Both the position numbers and the translations under genes were made by a program. From Squalus acanthias (taxonomy: Eukaryota): 64,000 bases of DNA. The notes beneath the pieces are model-generated. The model ran no database searches. It had not been told where the DNA came from and saw only the letters and a list, made by a program, of their open reading frames with translations. Positions 1-10,779 of the stretch are shown in pieces (within the stretch, counting starts at the first letter, position 1; the number at the start of each line of letters is the position of its first letter). The DNA is taken from the NCBI GenBank assembly GCA_030390025.1, contig JASTWF010000322.1, forward strand, positions 124,001-188,000. Direction: 5' to 3'.

Positions 1-59
1 GTGGGGTCCGAGTTCCTGCCGCGCTCTGGCCGCGGTTTAACCCAGATCTTTACTCCTAG

Positions 60-272
60 GCGGCCAAGGTCCTGGAGATCCCCATCATCGTCACCGAGCA
101 ATACCCCAAGGGGTTGGGGGCCACCGTGCCGGAGCTGGGCACCGAGGGAATGAGGAAGTTCAGCAAGACCTGCTTCAGCATGCTCACCGCCGAGGTGGAA
201 GCAGAACTGCGGACCCTCCCGAAACTGGAGTCGGTCATCCTGTGTGGAATCGAGACACAGGCTTGTATAATG
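60..272 (+). CDS. ISOC2: ISOC2 internal coding exon (213 nt; [26 protein letters not shown]...[10 protein letters not shown])
   Basis: ctcctag acceptor ends at 59 and GT follows at 273. The translation has the isochorismatase-family TEQYPxGLG and KTCFSM motifs and resembles vertebrate ISOC2. Confidence 0.93.
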
Positions 273-304
273 GTCCGTCACCTCAACCCTCTCTCCCGTC
301 TCTG

Positions 305-1974
305 GAGGTGTAGAGGGAGCTTTACTCTGTATCTAACCCCGTGCTGTACCTGCCCTGGGAGTGTTTGATGGGACACTGTAGAGGGAGCTTTACTCTGTAT
401 CTAACCCCGTGCTGTACCTGCCCTGGGAGTGTTTGATGGGGACAGTGCAGAGGGAGTTTTACTCCGTATCTAACCCGTACTGTACCTGCCCTGGGAGTGT
501 TTGATGGGACAGTGTAGTGGGAGCTTTACTCTGTATCTAACCCCGTGCTGTACCTGCCCTGGGAGTGTTTGATGGGACAGTGTAGAGGGAGCTTTACTCT
601 GTATCTAACCCCGTGCTGTACCTGCCCTGGGAGTATTTGATGGGACAGTGTAGATGGAGCTTTACTCTGTATCTAACCCGTGCTGTACCTGCCCTGGGAG
701 TGTTTGATGGGAGAGTGTAGAGGGAGCTTTACTCTGTATCTAACCCGTGCTGTACCTGCCCTGGGAGTGTTTGATGGGACAGTGTAGAGGGAGCTTTACT
801 TTGTATCTAAGCCGTGCTGTACCTGCCCTGGGAGTGTTTGATGGGACAATGTAGAGGGAGCTTTACTCTGTATCTAACCCCGTGCTGTACCTGCCCTGGG
901 AGTGTTTGATGGGACAGTGTAGAGGGAGCTTTACTCTGTATCTAACCCGTGCTGTACCTGCCCTGGGAGTGTTTGATGGGACAATGTTGAGGGAGCTTTA
1001 CTCTGTATCTAACCCCGTGCTGTACCTGCCCTGGGAGTGTTTGATGGGACAGTGCAGAGGGAGCTTTACTCTGTATCTGACCCGTGCTGTACCTGACCTG
1101 GGAGTGTTTGATGGGACAGTGTACAGGGATCTTTACTCTGTATCTAACCCCGTGCTGTACCTGCCCTGGGAGTGTTTGATGAGACGGTGTAGAGGGAGCT
1201 TTACTCTGTATCTAACCCCGTGCTGTACCTGCCCTGGGAGTGTTTGATGGGGACAGTGTAGAGGGAGCTTTACTCTGTATCTAACCCGTGCTGTACCTGT
1301 CCTGGGAGTGTTTGATGGGGACAGTGTAGAGGGAGCTTTACTCTGTATCTAACTCCATGCTGTACCTGCCCTGGGAGTGTTTGATGGGACAGTGTAGAGG
1401 GAGCTTTACTCTGTATCTAACCCCGTGCTGTACCTGCCCTGGGAGTGTTTGATGGGGACAGTGTAGAGGGAGCTTTACTCTGTATCTAACCCATGCTGTA
1501 CCTTCCCTGGGAGTGTTTGATGGGGACAGTGTAGAGGGAGCTTTACTCTGTATCTAACCCCGTGCTGTACCTGCCCTGGGAGTGTTTGATGGGACAGTGT
1601 AGAGGGAGCTTTACTCTGTATCTAACCCCGTGCTGTACCTGCCCTGGGAGTGTTTGATGGGACAGTGTATAGGGAGCTTTACTCTGTATCTAACCCGTGC
1701 TGTACCTGCCCTGGGAGTGTTTGATGGGACAGTGTAGAGGGAGCTTTACTCTGTATCTAACCCGTGCTGTACCTGCCCTGGGAGTGTTTGATGGGACAGT
1801 GTATAGGGAGCTTTACTCTGTATCTAACCCGTGCTGTACCTGCCCTGGGAGTGTTTGATGGGACAGTGTATAGGGAGCTTTACTCTGTATCTAACCCGTG
1901 CTGTACCTGCCCTGGGAGTGTTTGATGGGACAGTGCAGAGGGAGCTTTACTCTGTATCTAACCCGTGCTGTACC
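305..1974. repeat. Minisatellite, 67-69 bp unit, about 25 copies, in an ISOC2 intron
   Basis: Unit gtgtagagggagctttactctgtatctaacccgtgctgtacctgccctgggagtgtttgatgggaca. Confidence 0.95.
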
Positions 1975-1977
1975 GAC

Positions 1978-2390
1978 AAAACAGGAGGCGGCCGTTCAGC
2001 CCCTCGCACCTGATCTGTACCTCAACCATTTTACCCACCTTGGCTCCATATCCTTCGATACCCTTACTCAACAAAAATCCACCCATCTCTGTTTTGAAAG
2101 CTCCAATTGAGCCTCATCAGCTTTTTGGGGGAGAGTGTTCCAGATTTCCACCACCCTTTGTGTGAAGAAGTGCTTCCTGACATCACCCCTGAACGGCCTG
2201 GCTCGAATTTTAAGGTTCTGCCCCCCTTGTTCTGGACTCCCCCCACCAGAGGAAATAGTTTCTCTCTCTCTCCACCCTATCGAATCCTTTAATCGTCTTA
2301 AACACCTCGATTAGATCGCCCCTTAATCTTCTACACTCGAGGGAATACAAGCCACATCTGTGCAACCTGTCCTCGTAATCTAACCCTTTT
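1978..2390 (-). mobile_element. Degraded CR1 LINE 3' fragment
   Basis: The minus strand resembles the CR1 ORF2 C-terminus (RTLKF, FTQRVV-like) and the 3' tail. Confidence 0.75.
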
Positions 2391-2699
2391 ATAATTTTGC
2401 TGAATCTGCGCTGCCCCCCTCTCCAAGGATCAGTAGGAAGCCATGCTCAGGGGAAGGAGCGAAGGAACAGGACTGAAAGCCGGAGTGGAGAGAGCTGCAC
2501 TCTTCCCCCCTCAGCCGTTCGGTTCCTGACGAATGAGTGTTTGACACGGACACTGGCTGCCTCACAGGGAAAGGTGACCCAGGTCCCAGAAGTGCTTCTC
2601 TCACCATCCTATACCTCCGAATCCTCCAGAACCTCACACCGCAGATGAGATTACGACCCCCATGCGCGCTGCATCGCCACGGCCGCCTGATTTCACCAT

Positions 2700-4592
2700 C
2701 CGTAACACCGCCCGTCTCCGCCCTTGCCTCAGCTCATCCGCTGCTGAAACCCTCGTCCCTGCCCTTTGTCCCCTCCAGACTCGACTATTCCGACGCTCTC
2801 CTGGCCGGCCTCCAACATTCCACCCTCCGTAACCATCAACTCATCCAAACTCCTGCTGCCCCCGTGTCCTAACTCGCACCGAGTCCCGTTCACCCATCAC
2901 CCCCTGTGCTCGCCCCCTCCCTATCTCTGTAACCTCCTCCAGCCCTACAATTCACATCCTCCTGTTCAAAATCCCTCCATGGCCCTCGCCCCCTCCCTAT
3001 CTCTGTAACCTCCTCCAGCCCCTACAATTCTCATCCTCCTCTTCAAATCCCTCCATGGCCCTCGCCCCCTCCCTATCTCTGTAACCTCCTCCAGCCCCTA
3101 CAATTCTCATCCTCCTCTTCAAATCCCTCCATGGCCCTCGCCCCCTCCCTATCTCTGTAACCTCCTCCAGCCCCTACAATTCTCATCCTCCTCTTCAAAT
3201 CCCTCCATGGCCCTCGCCCCCTCCCTATCTCTGTAACCTCCTCCAGCCCCTACAATTCTCATCCTCCTCTTCAAATCCCTCCATGGCCCTCGCCCCCTCC
3301 CTATCTCTGTAACCTTCTCCAGCCCCTACAATTCTCATCCTCCTCTTCAAAATATCTCTGTAACCTCCTCCAGCCCCTACAATTCTCATCCTCCTGTTCA
3401 AATCCCTCCATGGCCCCTCGCCCCCTCCCTATCTCTGTAACCTCCTCCAGCCCCTACAATTCTCATCCTCCTGTTCAAATCCCTCCATGGCCCTTGTCCC
3501 CTCCCTATCTCTAACCTCCTCCAGCCCCTACAATTCTCATCCTCCTGTCCAAATCCCTCCATGGCCCCTCGCCCCCTCCCTATCTCTGTAACCTCCTCCA
3601 GCCCTACAATTCTCATCCTCCTGTTAAAATCCCTCCATGGCCCTCGCACCTCCCTATCTCTGTAACCTCCTCCAGCCCTACAATTCTCATCCTCCTGGTC
3701 AAATCCCTCCATGGCCCTCGCCCCCTTCTATCTCTGTAACCTCCTCCAGCCCCTACAATTCTCATCTTCCTGTTCAAATCCCTCCATGGCCCCTCGCCCC
3801 CTCCCTATCTCTGTAACCTCCTCCAGCCCCTACAATTCTCCTCCTCCTGTTCAAATCCCTCCATGGCCCTCGCCCCCTTCTATCTCTGTAACCTCCTCCA
3901 GCCCCTACAATTCTCATCTTCCTGTTCAAATCCCTCCATGGCCCCTCGCCCCCTCCCTATCTCTGTAACCTCCTCCAGCCCCTACAATTCTCCTCCTCCT
4001 GTTCAAATCCCTCCATGGCCCCTCGCCCCCTCCCTATCTCTGTAACCTCCTCCAGCCCCTACAATTCTCCTCCTCCTGTTCAAATCCCTCCATGGTCCCT
4101 CGCCCCCCTCCCTATCTCTGTAACCTCCTCCAGCCCCTACAATTCTCCTCCTCCTGTTCAAATCCCTCCATGGCCCTTGCCCCCTCCCTATCTCTGTAAC
4201 CTCCTCCAGCCCCTACAATTCTCATCCTCCTGTTCAAATCCCTCCATGGCCCTCGCCCCCTCCGTATCTCTGTAACCTCCTCCAACCCTCCGAGATCTCT
4301 GCGCTCCTCCAATTCTGGCCTCTTGAGCATCCCCGATTTCCATCGCTCCACCATTGGCAGCTGTGCCTTCAGCTGCCTGGGGCCCTGAGCTCTGGAATTC
4401 CCTCCCTAAACCTCCCCGCCTCTCTCTCCTCCTTTAAGACGCTCCTTAAAACCAACCTCTTCGACCCAGCTTTTGGTCACCTGTCCCTAATATCTCCTTA
4501 TGTGGCTCGGTGTCAAATATTTGTTTGATAATCGCTCCTGTGAAGCGCCTTGGGACGTTTTACTACGTTAAAGGCGGGGTATCAATGCAAGT
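2700..4592 (+). mobile_element. L2-type LINE 3' fragment with an internal tandem amplification
   Basis: SRLDYSDALLAGL (L2 RT C-terminal motif) and an L2-like tail ending gtgaagcgccttgggacgttttactacgttaaaggcg. Confidence 0.8.
2908..4285. repeat. Minisatellite, 76 bp unit, about 18 copies, derived from the L2 ORF2
   Basis: Unit cctcgccccctccctatctctgtaacctcctccagcccctacaattctcatcctcctgttcaaatccctccatggc. Confidence 0.93.
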
Positions 4593-4703
4593 TGCTGTAG
4601 TTGGACCCGATCGAAATCTGTTTGGTACGGAGCTGTGGTTGGCGGGGGGTCGCGAGCATGTTGGGGATGTGCCGGTAAATTCTCCTTGTTCTTTCTCGGG
4701 CAG

Positions 4704-4774
4704 AGCACGGCGCTGGATTTACTGGAACGGGGTCTGGACGTACACGTGGTGGCTGACGCCTGCTCCTCCCGCAG
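4704..4774 (+). CDS. ISOC2: ISOC2 coding exon (71 nt; STALDLLERGLDVHVVADACSSR)
   Basis: Pyrimidine tract plus cag acceptor (4701-4703), gtgagt donor at 4775. Phase fits both flanking exons. Confidence 0.93.
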
Positions 4775-5650
4775 GTGAGTGGCCTGGAGCAAGAGAGAGA
4801 GAGAGAGAGAAGAGGCCGTCTGGGCCTGTTGCACCATCTTTCGATACGGGACCTTACCTGAGGTCAGGAGACGCAGAGCAACGGAGGAGACTGGCACCTC
4901 CTCTCAGGCATTGTAGGGATGCTTTATGGTGTTGGTGCATCATGTGGCAGCCAGGGTGTACAGCGTCAAGTGAAGTAAATCTGGCCATGGTGAGGCCATC
5001 CCTGGCGTCCCGGGCAGCAATGTGGTCGGGTGCTGATGCCCTCTGTCCTGTGCAGCACCAGTTGTTTGCGGAGAACGTTTGGTGTTGCTGGTGTACCTGG
5101 TGTTGGGGCTGATTGTAGTGGGAGTCTGAGGACCAAGGTGAGATTTTCTTCAAGGGCACCGATGCTGATGGAATAGATGGCAGGTGAGGTTGAGATGACA
5201 GAAGTGATCGGTCAATGGTGAGAGAGGTTGTTCTAATGAGGTGACACTGGATATAGAGTTTGCTCCAAACACTTGCAAGCTGCATAAAGTTCAATCTGTC
5301 TTACAAATGCAGTAAGCAACAGCTTCTAACCTTAGAAAGTGAACACCTATGAAATGGGAACTTTTATAGACCATTTGCAGCTGCCAAGTTAAGAAATAAT
5401 CCCATGCTGACACAACACCGACCTCATTACCTGACGTGATCCCCGAGCAGCGGGGAAGCCGTTGGCAAACTCTTAAAATCGACGGATCAATTTATTAGAG
5501 TTTTTTGAGAATGTAACCGGCAGGGTAGATAAAGGGGAACCAGTGGATGTAGTATATTTAGATTTCCAAAAGGCATTCGGCTCCTATCTTCTATGATTCT
5601 ATGAAAAGGTATGGCGGTAGATAAGCAGTGGCTAGCATTTAAAGAAATAT

Positions 5651-5928
5651 GAGGAGAGAGGTCTTGGTGAGTCTTTGTGCAAGGGCTCACCTTGGAACAG
5701 AGATTGTCAGTGTTTGACAGCTTCTCAAATGCTGACAATTCATCTGTCAAAAAAATTTCGACAGATGAAGCGTCATACGCTGACGTCCTCTGTCACCGGC
5801 TTTCCCTTAATTGCAAGGCCAATCAAGGGAAAATAGCGTGGGTTCGTCAGATGTCGCTGGGGGCGGGACTAGAACCCGGAAGGCAGCAGTCCCGCCCCCA
5901 ACTCGTCATGGCTGGCAAAATCCAGACC
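5651..5928 (+). mobile_element. Partial copy (right end) of the non-autonomous PIF/Harbinger-like element at 27097-27785
   Basis: Near-identical to 27488-27785 and ends in the same TIR ggctggcaaaatccagacc followed by tat. Confidence 0.75.
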
Positions 5929-5949
5929 TATTATATCCGTTGATTATAA

Positions 5950-8062
5950 TAAATAAAGCCAATTACACAGGTATGAGGGGCGAGTTGGCTAAGGTAGATT
6001 GGAAAAATAGATTAAAAGGTATGGCGGTAGATAAGCAGTGGCTAGCATTTAAAGAAATATTTCATAATTCTCAACAAAAATATATTCCATTGAGAAACAA
6101 AAACTCCACGGGAAAAGTGATCCAACCGTGGCTAACTAAAGAAGTTAAGATTGAAAGAAGCTTATAATGTTGCAAAGAACAATAGTAAGCCTGAGGATTG
6201 GGAGAGTTTCAGAAACCAGCAAAGGATGACCAAAAAATTGATAAAAAGGGGAAAAAATAGAATATGAGAGAAAACTAGCAAGGAATATAAAAACAGATTG
6301 TAAGAGCTTCTACAAGTATGTAAAAAGGAAAAGAGTAGCAAAAGTAAACGTCGGTCCCTTAGAGGCTGAGACAGGAGAAATTATTATGGGAAATAAGGAA
6401 ATGGCAGAAACGTTAAACAAATATTTTGTATCTGTCTTCACATATAATATAAGTAGAGAAAAAGGACTAGAGAAACTAATGGGACTAAAAGCCGACAAAT
6501 CCCCTGGACCTGATGGCCTACATCCTAGGGTTCTAAAAGAGGTGGCTGAAGAGATAGTGGATGCGTTGGTTTTGATCTTCCAAAATTCCCTAGATTCTGG
6601 AACGGTCCCAGCAGATCGGAAGGTCACAAATGTAACACCGCTATTCAAGAAAGGAGGGAGAGAGAAAACAGGGAACTACAGGCCAGTTAGCCTGACAACA
6701 GTCATCGGGAAAATGCTGGAATCCATTGTTAAGGAAGTGGTATCAGGGCACTTAGAAAATCATAACATGATTAGGCAGAGTCAACATGGTTTGATGAAAG
6801 GGAAATCATGTTTGACAAATTTATTAGAGTTTTTTGAGGATGTAAGTAGCAGGGTAGATAAAGGGGAACCAGTGGATGTAGTATATTTGGATTTCCAAAA
6901 GGCATTCGATAAGGTGCCACATAAAAGGTTATTACACAAGATAAGGGCTCATGGGGTTGAGGGCAATATATTAGCATGGATAGAGGATTGGTTAACAGTT
7001 AGAAAACAGAGAGTAGGGATAAACGGATCTTTTTCAGGTTGGCAGGCTGTAACTAGTGTGGTGTCGCAGGGATCAGTGCTGGGGCCTCAGCTATTTACAA
7101 TCTATATTAATGACCTAGATGAAGGGACTGAGTGTAATGTATCCAAGTTTGCTGATGATACAAAGCTAGGTGGGACAGTAAGCTGTGAGGAGGACACAAA
7201 GAGTCTGCAAAGGTGTATAGCTAGACTGAGTGAGTGGGCAGTAAGGTGGCAGATGGAGGATAATGTAGGGAAATGTGAGGTTATTCACTTTGGTAGGAAG
7301 AATAGAAAAACAGAATATTTTTTAAATGGTGAGAAACTTTCAAATGTTAGTGTTCAGAGAGATTTGGGTGTCCTCGTGCAAGAAACACAGAAAGCTAGCA
7401 TGCAGGTACAGCAAGCAATAAGGAAGGCAAATGGCATGTTGGCCTTTATTGCAAGGGGGTTGGAGTATAAGAGTAAGGAAGTCTTGCTACAATTGTACAG
7501 GGCCTTGGTGAGACCACACCTGGAGTGCTGGGCACAGTTTTGGTCTCCTTATCTAAGGAAGGACATACTTGCCTTGGAGGCGGTGCAACGAAGGTTCACT
7601 AGATTGATTCCTGGGATGAGAGGGCTGTCCAATGAGGAGAGATTGAGTAGAATGGGCCTATACCCTCTGGAGTTTAGAAGAATGAGAGGTGATCTCATTG
7701 AAAGGTATAAGATTCTGAGGGGGGGATTGACAGGGTAGATGCAGAGAGGCTGTTTCCCCCCTGGCTGGAGAGTCTCGAACCAGGGGTCACAGTCTCAGGA
7801 TAAGGGGTCGGCCATTTAGGACTGAGATGAGGAGGAATTTCTTCACTCAGAGGGCGGTGAATCTTTGGAATTCTCTGCCCCAGAGGGCTGTGGAGGCTCA
7901 GTCGTTGAGTATATTCAAGGCTGAGATCGATAGATTTTTGGACTCTAGGGGAATCGAGGGATATGGAGATCGGGCGGGAAAGTGGAGTTGAGGTCGAAGA
8001 TCGGCCGCGATCTCATTGAATGGCGGAGCAGGCTCGAGGGGCCCAATGTTTTTATGTTTTTG
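5950..8062 (+). mobile_element. 5'-truncated CR1 LINE with RT-domain ORF 6386-7738, in an ISOC2 intron
   Basis: [34 protein letters not shown] and KFADD motifs, followed by the CR1 3' tail. Confidence 0.93.
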
Positions 8063-8083
8063 TGTTCTGTCGTGTCTCTGCAG

Positions 8084-8201
8084 CCAGGTCGACCGGCTGA
8101 TTGCGCTGTCCCGTATGAAACAGAGCGGCGCCTTCCTTACCACCAGCGAAGGAACTATGCTACAACTCCTGCGGGACGCCAAGCACCCGAAATTCCGGGA
8201 G
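8084..8201 (+). CDS. ISOC2: ISOC2 coding exon (118 nt; [39 protein letters not shown])
   Basis: ctgcag acceptor ends at 8083, gtgagt donor at 8202. 71+118 nt restores the frame. Confidence 0.93.
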
Positions 8202-8329
8202 GTGAGTGTGCAAGTGGTGGCGCGGAGGGGCGGGGGGTGCAGGTGTGCCTTGTCTAGTGGCGGATCGTGAACTTCGATCGAAACAAAAAAAGTCCCCACT
8301 GACGGAAATGTTTCCAAAGTGTTCCAAAA

Positions 8330-9165
8330 GCAAAAAAGACTTGCTGTATCTGACCTTGGTTAGACCACACTTGGAGCACTGTGCACAGTTCTGGTCTCCA
8401 TATACCTTGGTTAGACCACACTTGGAGCACTGTGCACAGTTCAGGCCTCCATATACCTTGGTTAGACCACACTTGCAGCACTGTGCACAGTTCTGGTCTC
8501 CCTATACCTTGGTTAGACCACACTTGGAGCAACATGCACAGTTCTGGTCTCCATATACCTTGGTTAGACCACACTTGGAGCACTGTGCACAGTTCAGGCC
8601 TCCATATACCTTGGTTAGACCACACTTGGAGCACTGTGCACAGTCCCGGTCTCCATATCCCTCGGTTAGACCACACTTGGAGCACTGTACACAGTCCTGG
8701 TCTCCATATACCCTGGTTAGACCACACTTGGAGCACTGTGCACAGTTCTGGTTTCCATATACCTTGGTTAGACCACACTTGGAGCACTGTGCACAGTTCT
8801 GGTTTCCATATTATAAAAAGGATATCGAGGCACTGGAGAAGGTGCAATAAAGGATTTACAAGGATGATACCAGAATTGAGAGGCTCTAACTATCAGGAAA
8901 GGATGATCAGGCTGGGGGCTCTTTTCTCTGGAAAAGAGAAGGCTGAGGGGAGACCTGATCGAGGTCTTTAAGATTATGAACAGGTTTGATAGGGTAGACG
9001 TAGAGAAGATGTTTCCACTTGTGGGGGAGACCAGAACTAGGGGCCATCAATATAAGATAGTCACTAATAAATCCAACCGGGAATTCAGGAGAAACTTCTT
9101 CCCCCAGAGAGTGGTGAGAATGTGGAACTCGCTACCACAGGGAGTGGTTGAGGCGAATAGTATAG
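8330..9165 (+). mobile_element. CR1 3' fragment with a 51-bp in-frame tandem amplification (about 9 copies, 8352-8812)
   Basis: (LVRPHLEHCAQFWSPYT)n, then normal CR1 C-terminal sequence. Confidence 0.88.
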
Positions 9166-9287
9166 AAGTTTACTATCCCTCGGCCCCTCCCCCTCATCTA
9201 CACACTCACCCCCGGCCCCTCCTCCTTATCTACGCACCATCCCTATCTCCGCGACCTCTTACTGAGACATCTTGGATGTATATACTC

Positions 9288-10400
9288 TAGGACTCGAGCC
9301 CCATAATCCAGGCCCACACTCCCCGGTGCCAGTACTGAGGGAGCGCTGCACTGTCGGAGGTAGATGTGTATCCTCTAGGACTTGAGCCCCATAATCCAGG
9401 CCCACACTCCCCGGTGCTAGTACTGAGGGAGCGCTGCACTGTCGGAGGTAGATGTATATACTCTAGGACTCGAGCCCCATAATCCAGGCCCACACTCCCC
9501 GGTGCCAGTACTGAGGGAGTGCTGCACTGTCGGAGGTAGATGTATATACTCTAGGACTCGAGCCCCATAATCCAGGCCCACACTCCCCGGTGCCAGTACT
9601 GAGGGAGCGCTGCACTGTCGCAGGTAGATGTATATACTCTAGGACTCGAGCCCCATAATTCAGGCCCACACACCCCGGTGCCAGTACTGAGGGAGTGCTG
9701 CACTGTCGGAGGTAGATGTATATACTCTAGGACTCGAGCTCCATAATCCATGCCCACACTCCCCGGTGCCAGTACTGAGGGAGTGCTGCACTGTCGGAGG
9801 TAGATGTATATACTCTAGGACTCGAGCTCCATAATCCATGCCCACACTCCCCGGTGCCAGTACTGAGGGAGCGCTGCACTGTCGGAGGTAGATGTATATA
9901 CTCTAGGACTCGAGCCCCATAATCCAGGCCCACACTCCCCGGTGCCAGTACTGAGGGAGTGCTGCACTGTCGGAGGTAGATGTATATACTCTAGGACTCG
10001 AGCCCCATAATCCAGGTCCACACTCCCCGGTGCCAGTACTGAGGGAGCGCTGCACTGTCGGAGGTAGATGTATATACTCTAGGACTCGAGCTCCATAATC
10101 CAGGCCCACACTCCCCGGTGCCAGTACTGAGGGAGCGCTGCACTGTCGGAGGTCGATGTATATACTCTAGGAGTCGAGCCCCATAATCCAGGCCCACACT
10201 CCCCGGTGCCAGTACTGAGGGAGTGCTGCACTGTCGGAGGTGCCGTCTTTCGTACGAGATATTAAACCGAGGGCCCCGTCGGCCCTCTCAGGTGGACGTA
10301 AAAGATCCCACGGCCACAATCGGAAGAAGAGCAGTGAGAGGAGTGGTGTGGGCAGAGGAGTTGTCCCCGGTGTGCTGGGATCAACATTTCTCCCTCAACT
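9288..10400 (+). mobile_element. Deu-domain-type SINE whose 88-bp segment is tandemly amplified about 11 times (9288-10240)
   Basis: The last unit runs into gtgccgtctttcgtacgagatattaaaccgagggccccgtcggccctctcaggtggacgtaaaagatccc, recalled as DeuSINE core-like. Confidence 0.7.
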
Positions 10401-10531
10401 GACAGCTTCCCAGTGTCTGACTCAGTGTCCCGTCCAAGGTAGGCCCAGCACGGGATTTATTCAGTCTGCTTTCGAGCTTGCCACGGGACATCGGGCTCTG
10501 ATATACATGCCCCTTCTACGCCTCCCCCCAG

Positions 10532-10612
10532 GTGCAAAAGATTATCATGGAACCGGCCCCCGACAGCAATCTGATTGCCCTCTTCCAAGGACAGAACCCA
10601 CTCTTCAGCTGA
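10532..10612 (+). CDS. ISOC2: ISOC2 terminal coding exon (VQKIIMEPAPDSNLIALFQGQNPLFS*)
   Basis: cctcccccag acceptor, TGA at 10610-10612. The EPAPDS..LFQGQN C-terminus matches ISOC2 rather than ISOC1. Confidence 0.9.
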   Translation: MQKIIMEPAPDSNLIALFQGQNPLFS

Positions 10613-10779
10613 GGGCCAGGCAATGACGGAACAGGGACCGAAGAGGCTGCTGATACAGGACATCTCTGAGCCAATTGGCTGGTCGGAAAGACAGCAGCAC
10701 TCTCCCTGGAGAGAGGTTCTCCAGAAATTCCTTCAGGTTACTAATGGCTGTAATCAAAGATTCAACCGGCTCCCTCCAA

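Noticed and set aside
4510..5112. 200-aa ORF in the ISOC2 region
   Set aside because: It crosses an L2 tail, the real 71-nt exon in another frame, and intron sequence.
6386..7738. 450-aa RT ORF as a host gene or an active LINE
   Set aside because: It is a 5'-truncated CR1 with no endonuclease, internal deletions and a terminal frameshift.
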